This document shows positions 37,860 through 51,196 of a stretch of DNA of 64,000 bases, in pieces. Made by a program: the position numbers and the translations under genes. Position 1 is the stretch's first letter. Each line of letters begins with the position of its first letter. The stretch is taken from the NCBI GenBank assembly GCA_036785375.1, contig JAWMAR010000061.1:9052001-9116000 (forward strand), read 5' to 3'. A model generated the notes under the pieces. That model had not been told where the DNA came from and made no database searches. It saw nothing but the letters and a program-made list of their open reading frames with translations. Origin of the DNA: Leucoraja ocellata (Eukaryota).

Positions 37860-37950
37860 GAGACAAAAAAAAGCTGGAGAAACTCAGCGGGACAGGCAGC
37901 ATCTCTAGAGGGAAGGAATAGGTGACATATCGGGTCGAGACCCTTCTTCA
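37860..37950 (-). mobile_element. Monomer derived from a Penelope end, with 11-bp TSD, inserted into a CR1 relic (~37580-38060)
   Basis: TSD gagatggagga at 37849-37859 and 37951-37961. Confidence 0.85.
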
Positions 37951-38699
37951 GAGATGGAGGATTTAGGAAGATAAATGGAGCTGAAATATAGATCTGCATG
38001 ATCTAATTGAATGGTGGGGCAGTGTAAAAGGGCTGAATGGGTTATTTATGTTCCTGTATCAGCAACATCCAACTTTAGTGAAGTCACAGATAGGAATCAC
38101 TGTGTAGGAAAGGACTGCAGATGCTGGTTTAAATCAAAGGTTAGACAGAGATGCTGCCTGCCCCGCTGAGTTACTCCAGCATTTTGTATCTACCTTCGGA
38201 AGAAACCACTGCCTTCCTGTCACACTACGAAAGGGCAGCTTTGTGAACAGAAAGTGGCCCTTTGGACAAGTTCCATCATTTAATCAGACTATGGCTGATT
38301 CTTATCTTAACTGCATTACTCACTATGGTTCTAAAACCCCTAATATATCCTTAGTACATGTTCATAACCCAATTTCTTTATCTTAGATATATCATTGCAT
38401 TCCTGTTGGGAAACATACATGCATGATACCTACTAGAGTTTCTGGGGATTTTGCACTCCTCATCCCCAATACTCTGGCCCTCACATTAAATGTTGTGCTG
38501 TCTTGCTCTGGACTCTCCCACAGGTTCTGCACATCCTATTAACATTTGCATCTTAATGTTATTTTCAGATATTTCTTTACAACAGAGAAAGAAGCCAATC
38601 GGCTCACTGAATTTCCGTAGCTCTTGAAGCAACCAAACAACCCTGTTCCATTATCTAGTTCCTCGTCACCTATTGTTATCCACATGCCTATTAACTCCC

Positions 38700-38910
38700 G
38701 TGATTTTCCCACTCCCCATCGACAGTTGTGGTAATTTACAATGGCCAATTGCCTCATCAGCCAGCCCATCTTTGGAATACAAGAAGTCGGAGCACATGGG
38801 GATACCCACAAGATCACAGGAAAATTGTGCAAACTCCACACAGGCAGCATCCGAGGTCAGAAATTGATCTGGGCCCCTAAAGCTTTGTAACAGCTACACT
38901 ACCTACCACC
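38700..38910 (-). mobile_element. Degenerate V-SINE
   Basis: caatggccaattgcctc...atctttggaatac...cacaggaaaattgtgcaaactccacacaggcagcatccgaggtcagaaattga. Confidence 0.7.
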
Positions 38911-40289
38911 AACCTTAACCCTGATCACCTCCTTGTCACCAATAACTACGGTCATACTATTCCCTGCTATATATCAACCCCCTCTGCCCTGGTAAAAAAT
39001 CACCCAGCAAACAAGACCCCAACGCCATGAACAACATTACCAGTTTACAACTTAAATCATAACAGTCCTTGCACTTTTCAAATATCCACAACCTACATGC
39101 TGGAGGCTAAACAGCTCCAGAGACCAGAGTTCTCAGAATTATTAATAATGTATGACGTTCTGCTGTGCAGCACTGAAGAAAACACTAAATTAACCAAAGC
39201 TTTGCCAGCGCAACCCTTCCCCCAGCAACAGTTCCTGGTGATCTGCGCCTCTCACTGGCTCCGTACTTCCATTAATGAGGAAGAGGCACAGAATTGTTAA
39301 TCTCGCCCCTTCTCATACCCTCCTCCAGAAAAGGGGGTCAAATGGCAAACACATTCCGAAACCCCACCGCCTCTGCACAAACATCCACACCACACAAATG
39401 AGCAATGAACACAGGACGTCCACATCCGTCATGATCCAATAATGCAGGCACAGTGGGAAACGAGAGGGAGAAAGAAAAACAAAGACAGAGAGAGAACACT
39501 CTCAGAATTTCATGGCTCTTTCCTCTTCAGTTTCAGACGTTAGCTCTAATTCTTTACACGTGATCGTGAGAGGCAGGCAGGGGAGGAAGAGGGTATTTGG
39601 GGGAAAACTGCAGTCCCCAAACAATGCTCACTTGTTCTGAACTGATTGAGATTAGTAGGAACTCTTTTCCCCTCACTAACCCTGGGCTGCAGGAGCCGAT
39701 GGGCTTTAATCCAACTGCAGGAATATCTACTTTGACCCTTACCTCAAACACGAAGAAAGGTTAAAAAAAAAAATGTTAAAACTGCAAATGCTGGAAATCT
39801 GAAATTAAAAACATAATATTCATAATATGCTACAGGTCAGACAGCCTCTGTGAAGAGAGAATGCAGGTCAGAAGAAAGATCTCCAACCAGAAATATTACT
39901 ACCTCTGGCCTGCTGAGTACCTCCAGTTAGATACACACATTCCAATAGAGGGAGCGGTGCATAAAGAGGCAGAGGGCTGATGCCCAGTGTCACAGCATCA
40001 TGTGTCAGGGGGGTTGCCCAGAAAGATGCACTCCAGCACTGAGACGGCACATGCAGTAGGATCTTACAAAGATAAGTAAGATATAAACAGGATATAAAAG
40101 CTGAACTGGAATCAATTCAAATTAAACTGGCAATAAAAGGACAGGGGGGGGAAATGAGTTCAATGTGTGTGAAGGAGTGCTATCAGGAAGTAGTTCAGTA
40201 ATTAAAACAAGCACATAGACTCCGAATGGAACAATGGAATTGAAAGCATTTGATTAACCCTTGGCACTGAAACAAGAATATCCCCAGTA

Positions 40290-40680
40290 GATTGCCATGG
40301 GCTTAGATCTATATTCTTTAAGTTTAGAACAGTGATAGTATTGAAACATGAGGTCCTGAGTGATCGTAACAGGGTGGATGTTGAGATGTTGCCACTGGCG
40401 AGAGGCTTAAACAAGGAAACACGGTTACAAGGAGGGCGGTTCCTTTAAACTGTGGTGTGAATGATTTTCTTCCTGCATCCCCTGAATTCCAGAGGGTTGT
40501 GGAGAATACGCCACTGGTGGCATTTAATGAGGAGATACATAAACATTTGAAAGATGAGAAAATAAAGAGTAATGGGGAGCCGGTACAACAAAGTTTTGGT
40601 CTGAGGTGGATCAGCCACGATCAGATTAAATGGTGGGCCAGGTAGTTCAGGGGCCAAGTAGCTTACTTGTATTCTTACGT
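40290..40680 (+). mobile_element. Degenerate CR1 LINE 3' fragment
   Basis: cagagggttgtggag...gcatttaatgaggagatacataaacatttg...gatcagccacgatcagattaaatggtggg tail. Confidence 0.65.
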
Positions 40681-43232
40681 GTTAAACATGAGGAAGGAGA
40701 GGCAACAGTCGACCCTGACAAACAGTCATGACAGTCAGACTACCAATACATTGGCAACAACAGTCCAGAGGCAAATACAAGCGATCACAACACATTGTGC
40801 TGTCAGCTTACCAACAGGCACTGTTCAGTCTCGTAAATGGACATGTCTTCTTGTGTGTGATACGAAGAGCTGCACTCACAGAAGGGGAAAACCATTAAAA
40901 GGTGAGGTTGGAAGGCGGGTGGTGGGGACAAGTGGAGATGGCAGATGGAGGGAACTAAAGTATGCCAGTTTAAGAGTTAGGGAAAATCAATTTAGCTACA
41001 AAATGTTGTTATAGTACCTGACTCAACTACCTCCTCTGGCAGCCGTTCCATATACCCACTACCTATTTAGTTAAGAAATTAGGAGCAAGGTAAGGTAACT
41101 GGACACACAGATCCTAATGAGAAGTACCTTCCTTCATGCTGAAATAAATGTTGCTCCTTCCCCCAAAGATGAAACTTTTTCCCTCAAATAATTTAAGCCG
41201 ACCTTCAAAGTTGTAATCAATTCCCATAACGTTGTCACTTTTTTACCATTGATATAACCAATTCCAGTAACGCTGGGCCCCATTCCCTTATACTGTAACC
41301 AAATCCTCTAGTAATGTAGTTCCCTCCCCTCTGGTGAAAACTATTTCCTCAATCATCCATCCATTCCCATCAAACGTGTATCCCCCCCCCCCCCCCCCCC
41401 CCCCAGGAGTGTAACCAACTCCTTTAATGACGCAACTCCTTTCCCTTAACGAGTTAACCCCTTCTGTCAATAATGAAATCATTCCATGCAATCAATTCAG
41501 CAAAACAGTCTTAAAAATACAAGTAATGCAAATAAAGGAAAGATGTTCCACACAAGGCCTGCTCCAGACTAGAGGTCAGTGGGAGAGAGTTGCTATGGGG
41601 CACTTTCTGGATCCCATCCTGCTCTTTCTCATATTACAAATGTGCTCTGCTTCAGTTGAAAGGGCAAGGTTCATGGTTCACAGAGGTTATATCACTTGAG
41701 TTCTGTTCCTGTCTCTCTCTAATAGATGACAAGCCAGCTATAAACTCAAGGACCACTAGATATTCCCAGGATACCAGGTCAAAGGTTAGGTCTGTCAGCT
41801 CATTAATGGATGTAGTTACTAGGTTACGACGATCGGATTCTCTGCATTTGTCAGCTGGGAATCTATCATCCAAGAAGCCAGCAGAGCAACAAGGCTGCAG
41901 GCTCCTTTTAATCCCAGGGTGAACAGCGGGTATGGCTCAGATGTGTGAACGATAAGTAGCAGAACAGGTGGCTATTGCAGGACTGCAGGGCTGCAGGGCA
42001 GTGGCTAGTGTGTGCCTTTCACAATGGTGCACAAAGGAAGAGGTTCTCAAACAAGCAGCTGCCATCATGAAAATTGTGCAACTGGTGAATGTAGAATCTC
42101 AATCAGTTTATTACTCAATTGGTAAATGCATTTCCCAGAGTGAGCCAACACTTGCACAACTGGGCTAGATGCAGGAGCTCGTGCTGTGCATGGAAATGCA
42201 TCACTGCAGCACCCTGCTCACAGAGGAGGCACCCTTGTTTACATGCAAGATCCACCCTTTTGTTACCGTCATTGAATACACTGATTTGAGTGGTAAGCAA
42301 ACTGTAATTCACACATATACAATTACATTTTTTTCATCAAACAAATCAAGAGCAGACTATGAGCTATAAACCTTCACCCAACCAGCTAACTGGTCTTTTC
42401 CAAATGTATTCTATCCTGTAAGGCACTTTGCTTCCAATGGTCTAATGTTCCTCAGACTGACATGCTGTTGGGCCAGACCTTGTTTTGTTCTTCTGCCTTG
42501 GCATATGCAAATGACATTTACCCTATTTCATATAGCAACAGAGATATAGCACAATTTCCCACCACCACCCACAATATTTCACATCTCCTCCCTCTGGGTT
42601 CAATCAACTGAAATGGGATCACTGTAGAGACTTGGTAATGTTCACAATGCGTGAATTTAAGTGTAAGAAATGAATACCCTGATGGAGAATGGCAACTATA
42701 CACCATGCCACACACAATCCCACAACACTAGCACACCTATTAATGCTGCAGAACACCTTTAACATTAGTCCGACCGACTTTACAAAATCCAGCACACCAG
42801 ATACATTCTCCATTCAAACCAATCCCTTAGTGCTGAACAAAGCTGCATACACCATGTTACCAGCACAGCTAACCTCCGCAAAACCGTCAGCAATTAACAT
42901 ACACCATGTGCTCATCTCTCCCTGCACCAGCCCACACCCAATGCCATGAAACAAAGGGGCTGAGAACCCTCACCCAGCTGAACAAACAGGCTGCACACCA
43001 GGATTCTCCTTCCAATTCAATCTCTGCAGTCTATGGAATGACACCACTGAGAAAAGTCAATAACTCCAAAATGATAAGAGAGTATTGGGGAAGGAGGAGA
43101 TAACTGCTTATACGTTGTTTTTAACTACCTGCTCTGGAAGTTATACACCAACTTGTTTTAAACACATGAGGCTAGCTTTTCATGTTGTGATGTTGATAAC
43201 AAACTGAACAATCTAAACTGGTATAGGCAATA

Positions 43233-43427
43233 GACGCAAAAATGCAGGAGTAACTCAGCGAGACAGACAGCATCTCCGAAGAGAACGAATGGGCGACGTT
43301 TTGGCAGACGCTTGACCTGAAACAATACCCATTTCTTCTCTCCAGAGATGCTGACTGTCCCAGAGTTATTCTAGCACTTTGTGTTTATCTTCGGTGTAAA
43401 CCAGCATCTGCAGTTCCCTCCTACACA
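43233..43427. mobile_element. Palindromic element derived from Penelope ends, with TSD of at least 9 bp
   Basis: Inverted arms; taggcaata at 43224-43232 and 43431-43439. Confidence 0.8.
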
Positions 43428-44647
43428 CTGTAGGCAATAATGCAAGTGGAAAATCTATGATATTATTTACTCTAAAATCAGATAAATACCAGCTACTGTG
43501 CTGAGCTGATTCGGAGGTCCGCTGAAAAGTGTCCAAAAAGGTTTGGGTTAATTCCCGCGCGCTGCCCAGGAGCATCGCTGCCCAGAACCAATGGTTTCTT
43601 GGCGCCTCACCAAACTGCTATTCATCAGTACCGGTCATTCGATCATTGAGGCCATCACAGCTGAGACTGCTGCTGTCCTCGGCAACCATCCAACAACTCT
43701 TTCCAAGTACTCAGAGCAAGAACTCTGGATGAATCCCCGGTCTTATAATGCCATCAGCTAACTCAGCACACATCTCCAAAACTATTTTTTAATTACAGTG
43801 CAAGTAATGAGTTGCTTCAGATCTGCATCGATTGAAAATGCTTTTTGGGAAGATTCCAATTGACAAACAGTTGTACAGTGTAAGCAAAGCTCCACAGACC
43901 AACCATGGTTTATCCTTCCATCGGCTAGAGCCTGCCCACACATTCCTCCCTCACATGCAACATTCTGAGGGCCCCGCTTGTTTCCATGGTCATGAACAAG
44001 TCGTCCCTCTCACCTATCGAAAGCACAGAGACGGGTGCTTGCCTGGTTAAGTGCTTTATTAAAGTACAGAAGGTCATTTGCATTGGCCAATCTCAAACAA
44101 ATAGCACTTTACTACTTCACTAACACCCAACATTTAAAAAGAACTCAAAACGCAATTTTTTCCATACTGGTTTCTAAGGGGGCATTTCATTAGCTGCATG
44201 CACACAGAGTCTTGTGTGTCCAAGCTGTAAGCTTACAGCCTGTAGCTCTTGGCATCGTTCAACAGGCATGTATGTGTTTCCAAAGAAAACAAGAGCTAAT
44301 GCTGGATGAATGAGTGAGTTCTAGAGGGGCCTATAACTGACTCTGAACAAACAACACTGAAAAGAAAAGCAGATTTTCAGACATGCACCCCAACTTCAGG
44401 CTCTCTCTCACACTCATTCATTACTTTGGTGCCGATGTATTCGACAGCTTCATGTTGGCAGCCTTACCATAGTTCCCTACAGACAAGAAAACCCACCAAA
44501 AATCTGGTGGTGACAACAACTACAAATCTCAAGGTACAGTTTTGACGCATCCCTTCCACCCCTTTCAGTCAATGTCCCTCAGCCCCAATCAGAATGACTA
44601 ATCTCTCCGTAAACCACAAACACACAGGCCCTAGCCTCACAACACAA

Positions 44648-44812
44648 TACATAGAAACATAGAAAATACTGCAGGAGTAGGCCATTCGGCCCTTTGAGCC
44701 ATTCAATATGATCCTGGCTGATCATCCAAAATCAGTACCCCATTCTGGCTTTTTCACCATATCCCTTGATTCCATTAGCCCTAAGAGCTAAAACTAATTC
44801 TGTCTTGAAAAC
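44648..44812 (-). mobile_element. CR1/HER1 3' tail fragment
   Basis: acatagaaacatagaaaatactgcaggagtaggccattcggccc. Confidence 0.8.
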
Positions 44813-44849
44813 ATGCAAAAAACATAGAACCTTCCAATCTTGGGAAGAG

Positions 44850-45091
44850 TAAAAATGCTGGAGTAACTCAGCGAGTCAGGCAGTATCCCCGGAGTACATG
44901 GATAGATGACGCTTTGGATGAGGACACTTCTTTTTTTGTTTTGGGTAGGAGCCCTTCTTCAGACTCTGTAGAAGTGTCTGACCCAAAACGTCACCTATCC
45001 ATGTTCTTCAGGGATGCTGCCTGACCCACTGAGTTACTCCAGCATTTTGTGCCTTTCCTTACTAAACGAGCATCTGCAGTTCCTTGTTCCT
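44850..45091. mobile_element. Palindromic element derived from Penelope ends
   Basis: aaaatgctggagtaactcagcgagtcaggcag ... ctgcctgacccactgagttactccagcatttt; accttccaat repeated at 44829-44838 and 45092-45101. Confidence 0.8.
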
Positions 45092-45379
45092 ACCTTCCAA
45101 TGTCGATGTGGTTCCAAAACTGTGCAGGATATTAACCCAATTATGGGACAGTAAGCATTGCTCTAACTATAACTGGCTGCAATTTATATTCTAGTCTAAA
45201 TTCCTAACCAAATTACAAAAGCCATCAAATACGGTCATAGTTTATTTAAAATAAGTGCTCGTTTATTTAGAAAGGTTGATGGGATAAATGGATCTATTTG
45301 TGGGTAAAGATGCTAAACACAACATACTACTGTGTAATAAATGACTGGATAACTTAGCAGGCCAAGGAGGAAATATTAA

Positions 45380-45843
45380 AGGGGCTGTCCCACTGCGGCT
45401 ACCTAATTGACTAGTTTAGAAGAGTTTGCCCTCGACTCATACTCGCAGCGTGGTCTACACAAGGTCCGAGGAGGTCTTTGTAAATCTCCTTCATGCTCGA
45501 GAGTAGCCCCCGCGTACTCGAGGCCTCAGCTAGGTCGCGGCGTATTTTTCAACATGTTGCAAAATGCCCACGAGTAAAGAAAAGTCGCCATGGAAAAAAT
45601 CGTTGTTTTTTTTTACTCGCAGGTTTAGTCGAAGTAGGTCGTAGTAGGTCAGCATGTTATTCGTAGGTAATCGAGGGTAGTCGAAGATAATCAAAGGTAG
45701 TCGAAGGTAGTCGTAGATAGTCTTCTACATAGTCAAAGGAGGTCTTCTACATAGTCGAAGGAGGTCTTCAACATGACACTTCTTCAAACTCTCCTAAACT
45801 CTTCTAAACTCGCCAATTAGGTCGCCACAGTGGGACAGCCCTA
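45380..45843. mobile_element. Non-autonomous PIF/Harbinger-type DNA transposon (MITE)
   Basis: Terminal inverted repeats gggctgtcccactg.ggc.acctaattg...tagtttagaagagttt / aaactcttctaaactcgccaattaggtcgccacagtgggacagccc; TAA TSD at 45377-45379 and 45844-45846; internal gtagtcgaag repeats. Confidence 0.9.
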
Positions 45844-48829
45844 TAAGGGAGGAATCTACAAGCTTGGTCAATGAGGATGGTGTTAAGGAAAATTCTCAAG
45901 GACTGCACCTCCAGGGAGCTAACTAAATTCAACACAGGGGACTGCAGATGCTGTAATCGGGGGTAAAGTACTAATCACTGGAAAAACTCCCTGGGTTAGG
46001 CAGCATTTGTGTAGGCAGAGGGAAGGTCGACATTTTGGGTTGAGATCATGCATATGAGAAAATGGGGTGAGTATTTAAAAAAATAACTGTTTAAAACGAT
46101 GAATGGTTTATTTATGAGCCATGTTGCAGCCAGAGATTTACCTGACAGTAAGGGTTTTGGTAAAATGTCACTTACTAAACATGCTGGTGCATCTTTATTA
46201 CATGTGCACAACAAGGCAAGCCTGAAAACTGTCTCTCAATCTTTCAATTTATTGCATTATATTCATAGGATGCCATCGACAACACTTTATTCCTCACTGG
46301 CTCCCCCTCTCTCAGCCATGAGCACTTTAAGAGTATATTTTGGCCTCCTATTCCCAGGGCTCCCAGTTTCCTGATTCCCTTTTGGGTGCCTCATGCATTC
46401 CTCTGCTTCATCATGCAGCAAACAATGTCAGTCATAGGATCAAAGCGACCTTTCAGGCAGGCTCCCTTACTACCCCCATAGGGATTCTGAGTCTGAACAG
46501 CAACTTGCAACAGCCACAGCCACTAGCAAAGCAGACCTACTCTAAGGCTTGGGATTTTGCCGGACTCTTCCTGTGCCAAAGGCTGCACATATTTTACTCT
46601 CCCACTTAGCAATTCAAAGGAGGGAGGCACAAGATTGTTAATAGCTGCTACAATACTCAAAATCCTCACATTGTTCCACACACACTTTTACAGATGATGC
46701 AACCAGATCTAACAGCGCAGATACTGGAATATGTGCCATAACCTGCAAGAAGTATAGTTCCTAGGCTACCTCATCCAATTCCAAGTATAGTAACAAGGCA
46801 TCGGGTGGAAGCTATTTAACTCCTCAATCTTGTCTGACTGATCTGTGACCCAACTCCATAAACCTAATTATGGTATGTAACAGAAGAAACCAGTTAGTCT
46901 TCAGCCAGTCAAATTTCTCCCCTCCTTCCTTGCTGGGGTGGTTTCCAAGGATGCCCAGTTTCTCTGCAACATCTTGTCAAAGTCATCTTGTCAAAGTGCA
47001 GTGTGTGAATCAGACAGTCAGCTCAGGCAGAAAATGTATCCACAACAACCATTACAAAAAGGTCCAACTCTTGCTTTACCCAGCCTACAGAGACCCGAGA
47101 CATACATGTTCACACATACATCTACACCGCTCCATTTGCAGAGACCAACGGAGAGCATTTCACACAAGAATTCATAAATCTATTCCTGACACATACTCTC
47201 AATACAGTGATTAAATAAAAAGGCCACAACCTCCCCCTCTCCTCAGTAATAAATGCTTGTTAAAGACTTATTTTCATGGTGATAGTGCCCCTTTAAACAG
47301 CTTCAAATGCACAGCCGATGCTTTGTTCAGAATCAATATTGTTGCTGCACAAATACTCTCCCTCAATCTGTTTGAAGGCAGTGGTACAATCACACACCAC
47401 CATTCCGATCCGCATAAGCTGATAAGATGCACACTAATTACTGTTTTTAATAATATTCTATTAAATTGAATAAATTAAATCAAAACAATGTTTTAATGAC
47501 ACCAGTATTGTGCCTCAGGTTAGGGCTCGATGTGCATTCCAATCCACTCGCAATCCCCTGCTTTTCCCCAATGTAAGCCTGACTGATAAAAACACAGGGT
47601 TGGCAGTAATTAACGTAACTACGTGAGAGAAGTGTGGGTGGCCAGGAAAAAGAGAGAATGGGAGGAAAAAGAGGTGGAGAGAAGACTGACATTAGGAGGG
47701 AGGAGCAGAAGGGAGTGGAGGAGGGAGGAAAGAGAGGAGAGAAGAAGGATTAGGAAATCACTTTGAACAGAAATATATTGATGCACCAATGAATTATCAA
47801 AAGTGCACAGATCACCATTTGCCAAGTCCCTTGAAAGACCAGAAAGGTAGTTCCATATCCCTTTGCCAATGTAAAGCATGAGTTATTGCCAGGATTTGGA
47901 GCCTGACACATGTGCCACACTCTATCCTGGGCTCAATACGTATCAAATGATTTGGAGGTTCAAGATGATGGATCTGAAGCTAGAATAGGCAATGTGTTGC
48001 TTCACAATCTTTACAAGTCACCATGAGGACCTTGGTCTGTAGACTTTAATCCCTTCTTGTGGCTAAACCTAATGCTGCTTTGCATTCTGCAACAAGAGGT
48101 CTGGTGTAAAAACAGCTGAAATATATTCAATGTGGAGGGAGCGAGCTTGAACTTCAGACAGGGGAAACTAATATCCTCAGGGCAGCAGGGTTTCTGGACC
48201 AAGACTCAGAATATGAAATTATTTTATTACAACAAGCCAAAGACATTTGGAAAAATTAGCTTTATTCTACGAACTTGGGCATGTGACTCTTCCCTGAGCG
48301 CAGTTTCAGTCAAATCTGACTGAGAATTCCATCATTTGATACCAGTTCTAGACTTGCGGTTTATTAAGATTTATCATGAAGACTCAGGTACCTACCTAAT
48401 GGTTCTTCAGAATGCCATATCCAGAATGTGAGCCTCGGGGAAGAGCAGTGTAATGAAATGCAGTGCCATTGATGTATGATATTTGGTTGAAGGCAGTGCT
48501 GTCACAAGCATATTATAGTTACGGATACAAATACTCGATGATAATGCTGTGCATTCTTCTTCTGATGTAATGCTCATCATTGCCCCCCCCCTCCTCGCTC
48601 ACCTTATGCGACTGAAAACATTCTCCAAGCACAGTTCAAATGAAAAACAACATCTATTGTTCCACTGCTGCTGGTCTTCACAGTTCAGATAGTTCATGCA
48701 AAAACTCCAGGTAACAAAGTGACATAGATACAAACCATGGATCAGAGATACCAGCATGAACTTGTTGGAATTGGGAATTATTTCTGCTTAAGAAATGAAG
48801 TAGAAGGCAAAACAAAGGCAACTGATTGT

Positions 48830-48870
48830 TATCAGAAACGTGAGTGTGTGAGTGTGAGTGTGAGTGTGAG

Positions 48871-48904
<34 letters not shown>

Positions 48905-49074
48905 TTGTGATCAGAAACATGAGTGTGGGTGTGTGTGTGGGGTGGGTGTGTGATCAGAAACATGAGGGTAGGGGTCTGGGTGTGAGTGTGGGGTGGGTGT
49001 GTGTGAGTGTAAGGAGTGGGTGTGTGTGTGTGTGATTGTGATCAGATACATGAGTGTGTGTGTGTGAGTGTGAG

Positions 49075-49109
<35 letters not shown>

Positions 49110-49165
49110 TGTGATTGTGATCCGAAACATGAGTGTGGGGGTGTGGGTGTGTGATCAGAAACATG
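48830..49165. repeat. Compound minisatellite: gtgatcagaaacatgag core repeated within (GT)n
   Basis: About six copies of the atc(a/c)ga(a/t)ac(a/g)tg core read directly. Confidence 0.9.
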
Positions 49166-49214
49166 TATTTGCATTGATACTTTTGACAATTGGAAGTGAA
49201 CACAAGCACCAGCG

Positions 49215-49550
49215 GTAATCGAGGCAACATGGTAAACAGCCAGAACCTTTTTGCCAGAGTGAAAATCTCAAATACTAGAGAACAAAGGTTAAAGATGAGA
49301 GGGGGAATGGTTCAAATGTGACGTGCAAGGCATGTTTTTTGACACAGAGTGCTAGGTGCCTGGAACGTGCTGCCACAGTAGGTAGTAAAGCAGTTCTGAT
49401 AACACTGTTTAAGAGACATTCAGGCAATGATGTAAACAGGGAGGGGGTAGTGACCATGTGCAGGCAGATGGGATGAGTTAGATTGGCATCATGATCACCA
49501 CCAGCATGGTAGCCAAAGAGCCTGTTTCTGTGCTGTGCTTGTTCTACGCT
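49215..49550 (+). mobile_element. Degenerate CR1 LINE 3' fragment
   Basis: tttttgacacagagtgctaggtgcctggaacgtgctgcc...gccaaagagcctgtttctgtgctgt tail. Confidence 0.75.
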
Positions 49551-50269
49551 CCAATAGTGAATGGTGAACAGTAAACTGGAACTGTTCATCTCCTAAGGAA
49601 CATATACTTGAAGAATTTAAGGGATATGTGAGTAAAACCCTTCTGTCGGAGATTAGTCACCCACACTAGGAGAAAGTGATGGCTCGTCAACATCTGAACA
49701 ACAGTCAACAAGCCAGGCCAGAATCTAGCCAGGGGCACACTACCTGCGTAATTTATAATAACTCCATTTTTGTGTGGGGGGGTTTGCATTTTTGGTATTT
49801 CTAGTATATATATATTTTTTTTTACAAATAAAATGTACTTTGAAATAAGAAACGTAATTCCGGCTGCCAATGCAACAGAATCTACAGAAACTGAAGCCCC
49901 AAATGTTTGTGTAATGCAAATTCACAATCCTCGATCTGCTCCCAACCAGCACAGCCATCCATCTCCCAAATCTTAGATCCCAAATTCAGGAAAATAATAA
50001 CATGAGACAGAAGTAGGTGAATCGCCCAGCCCGCCTGTCATGCCATTCAGTACAATCACTGCAGATCCAATCTTACCGTCAACATCATGTTAGTGCTCTG
50101 TACTCACAACCCTTGAGTCCCTCATGGTTTAAAGATTTGCCAGTCTTATGCTTAAATATATCCAATGATTCAGCCTCCATAGCTGCCTGGGGTAGAGGAT
50201 TCCGCAGATTCACTTCTTCTGATGGACAAAGTGCCTCCACAACACTATGAAATGGGTGACCCTTTAGTC

Positions 50270-50444
50270 CAGGGGTCTCCAAACTATGGCCCACGGGCCA
50301 CATACGGCCCGCCACGAGATTTTATCCGGCCCACAGCAAACTCTTAACACGTTATATGCGGCGGGCGATTTAGCAGGTTCTGTGGTAGCGTCAATGGCCC
50401 CAGGGAGACCGTGAGGATCGGTGATAGCGGCGGCTGTGGCCCCA
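50270..50444 (+). mobile_element. hAT (Charlie-like) DNA transposon left end, running into the gap
   Basis: caggggtctccaaactatggcccacgggccacatacggcccgcc terminus, preceded by a hAT-like 8-bp target ctttagtc; the right end is lost in the gap. Confidence 0.8.
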
Positions 50445-50585
50445 NNNNNNNNNNNNNNNNNNNNNNNNNNNNNNNNNNNNNNNNNNNNNNNNNNNNNNNN
50501 NNNNNNNNNNNNNNNNNNNNNNNNNNNNNNNNNNNNNNNNNNNNNNNNNNNNNNNNNNNNNNNNNNNNNNNNNNNNNNNNNNNNN
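50445..50585. other. Assembly gap (N run)
   Basis: Run of n. Confidence 1.
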
Positions 50586-51196
50586 ACCCTCTCCACCACC
50601 CTATCAATCCCCTCAGAATCTGATGTCTGAGGAATATCACCTCATTGTTCCAATCCCCAGTGAGCTCGTCAACCTCAACCTCTTTGTCCCAAGTATCAAC
50701 TGATGATCTTTCTCTCCACTGCCTACAATGCAAGTATAACATTCCTTAAATATAGAGACCAAAATTGTGCAGTGTTGAGGTTTCACCAACTCCCTGTAAA
50801 ACTGCATTATAGATTCTCCAGACCAGGAAATTGAAAAAGGCAAAACATAACCATAATATTATTGCTTTTGTTGAACAGTACATATCCAGCACCAAATGTG
50901 AACATTAATATGGGTTGCCCCTCCAGTACACTAGTCAAACCAACATCACATTTTCCAGCTTCAACTCAATGAGTCACAAAGTAGTTGATGACAGGCTTTC
51001 CCAATGCTCAAATTATCTAATCTCGGGCACATAACCTAACCATAGGAAGAGGATGATTAGTATTTTTAAACGGAGCTCAAACATTTGGAACCAATTCCAC
51101 GAAACACTCAACATTTCTGAGTGGTGCTGGAGTTCCTGGACAAGTGCAGCTCCAACACTGTCGATGCTCAATGCAATCGATGATAAAAAACAACCT

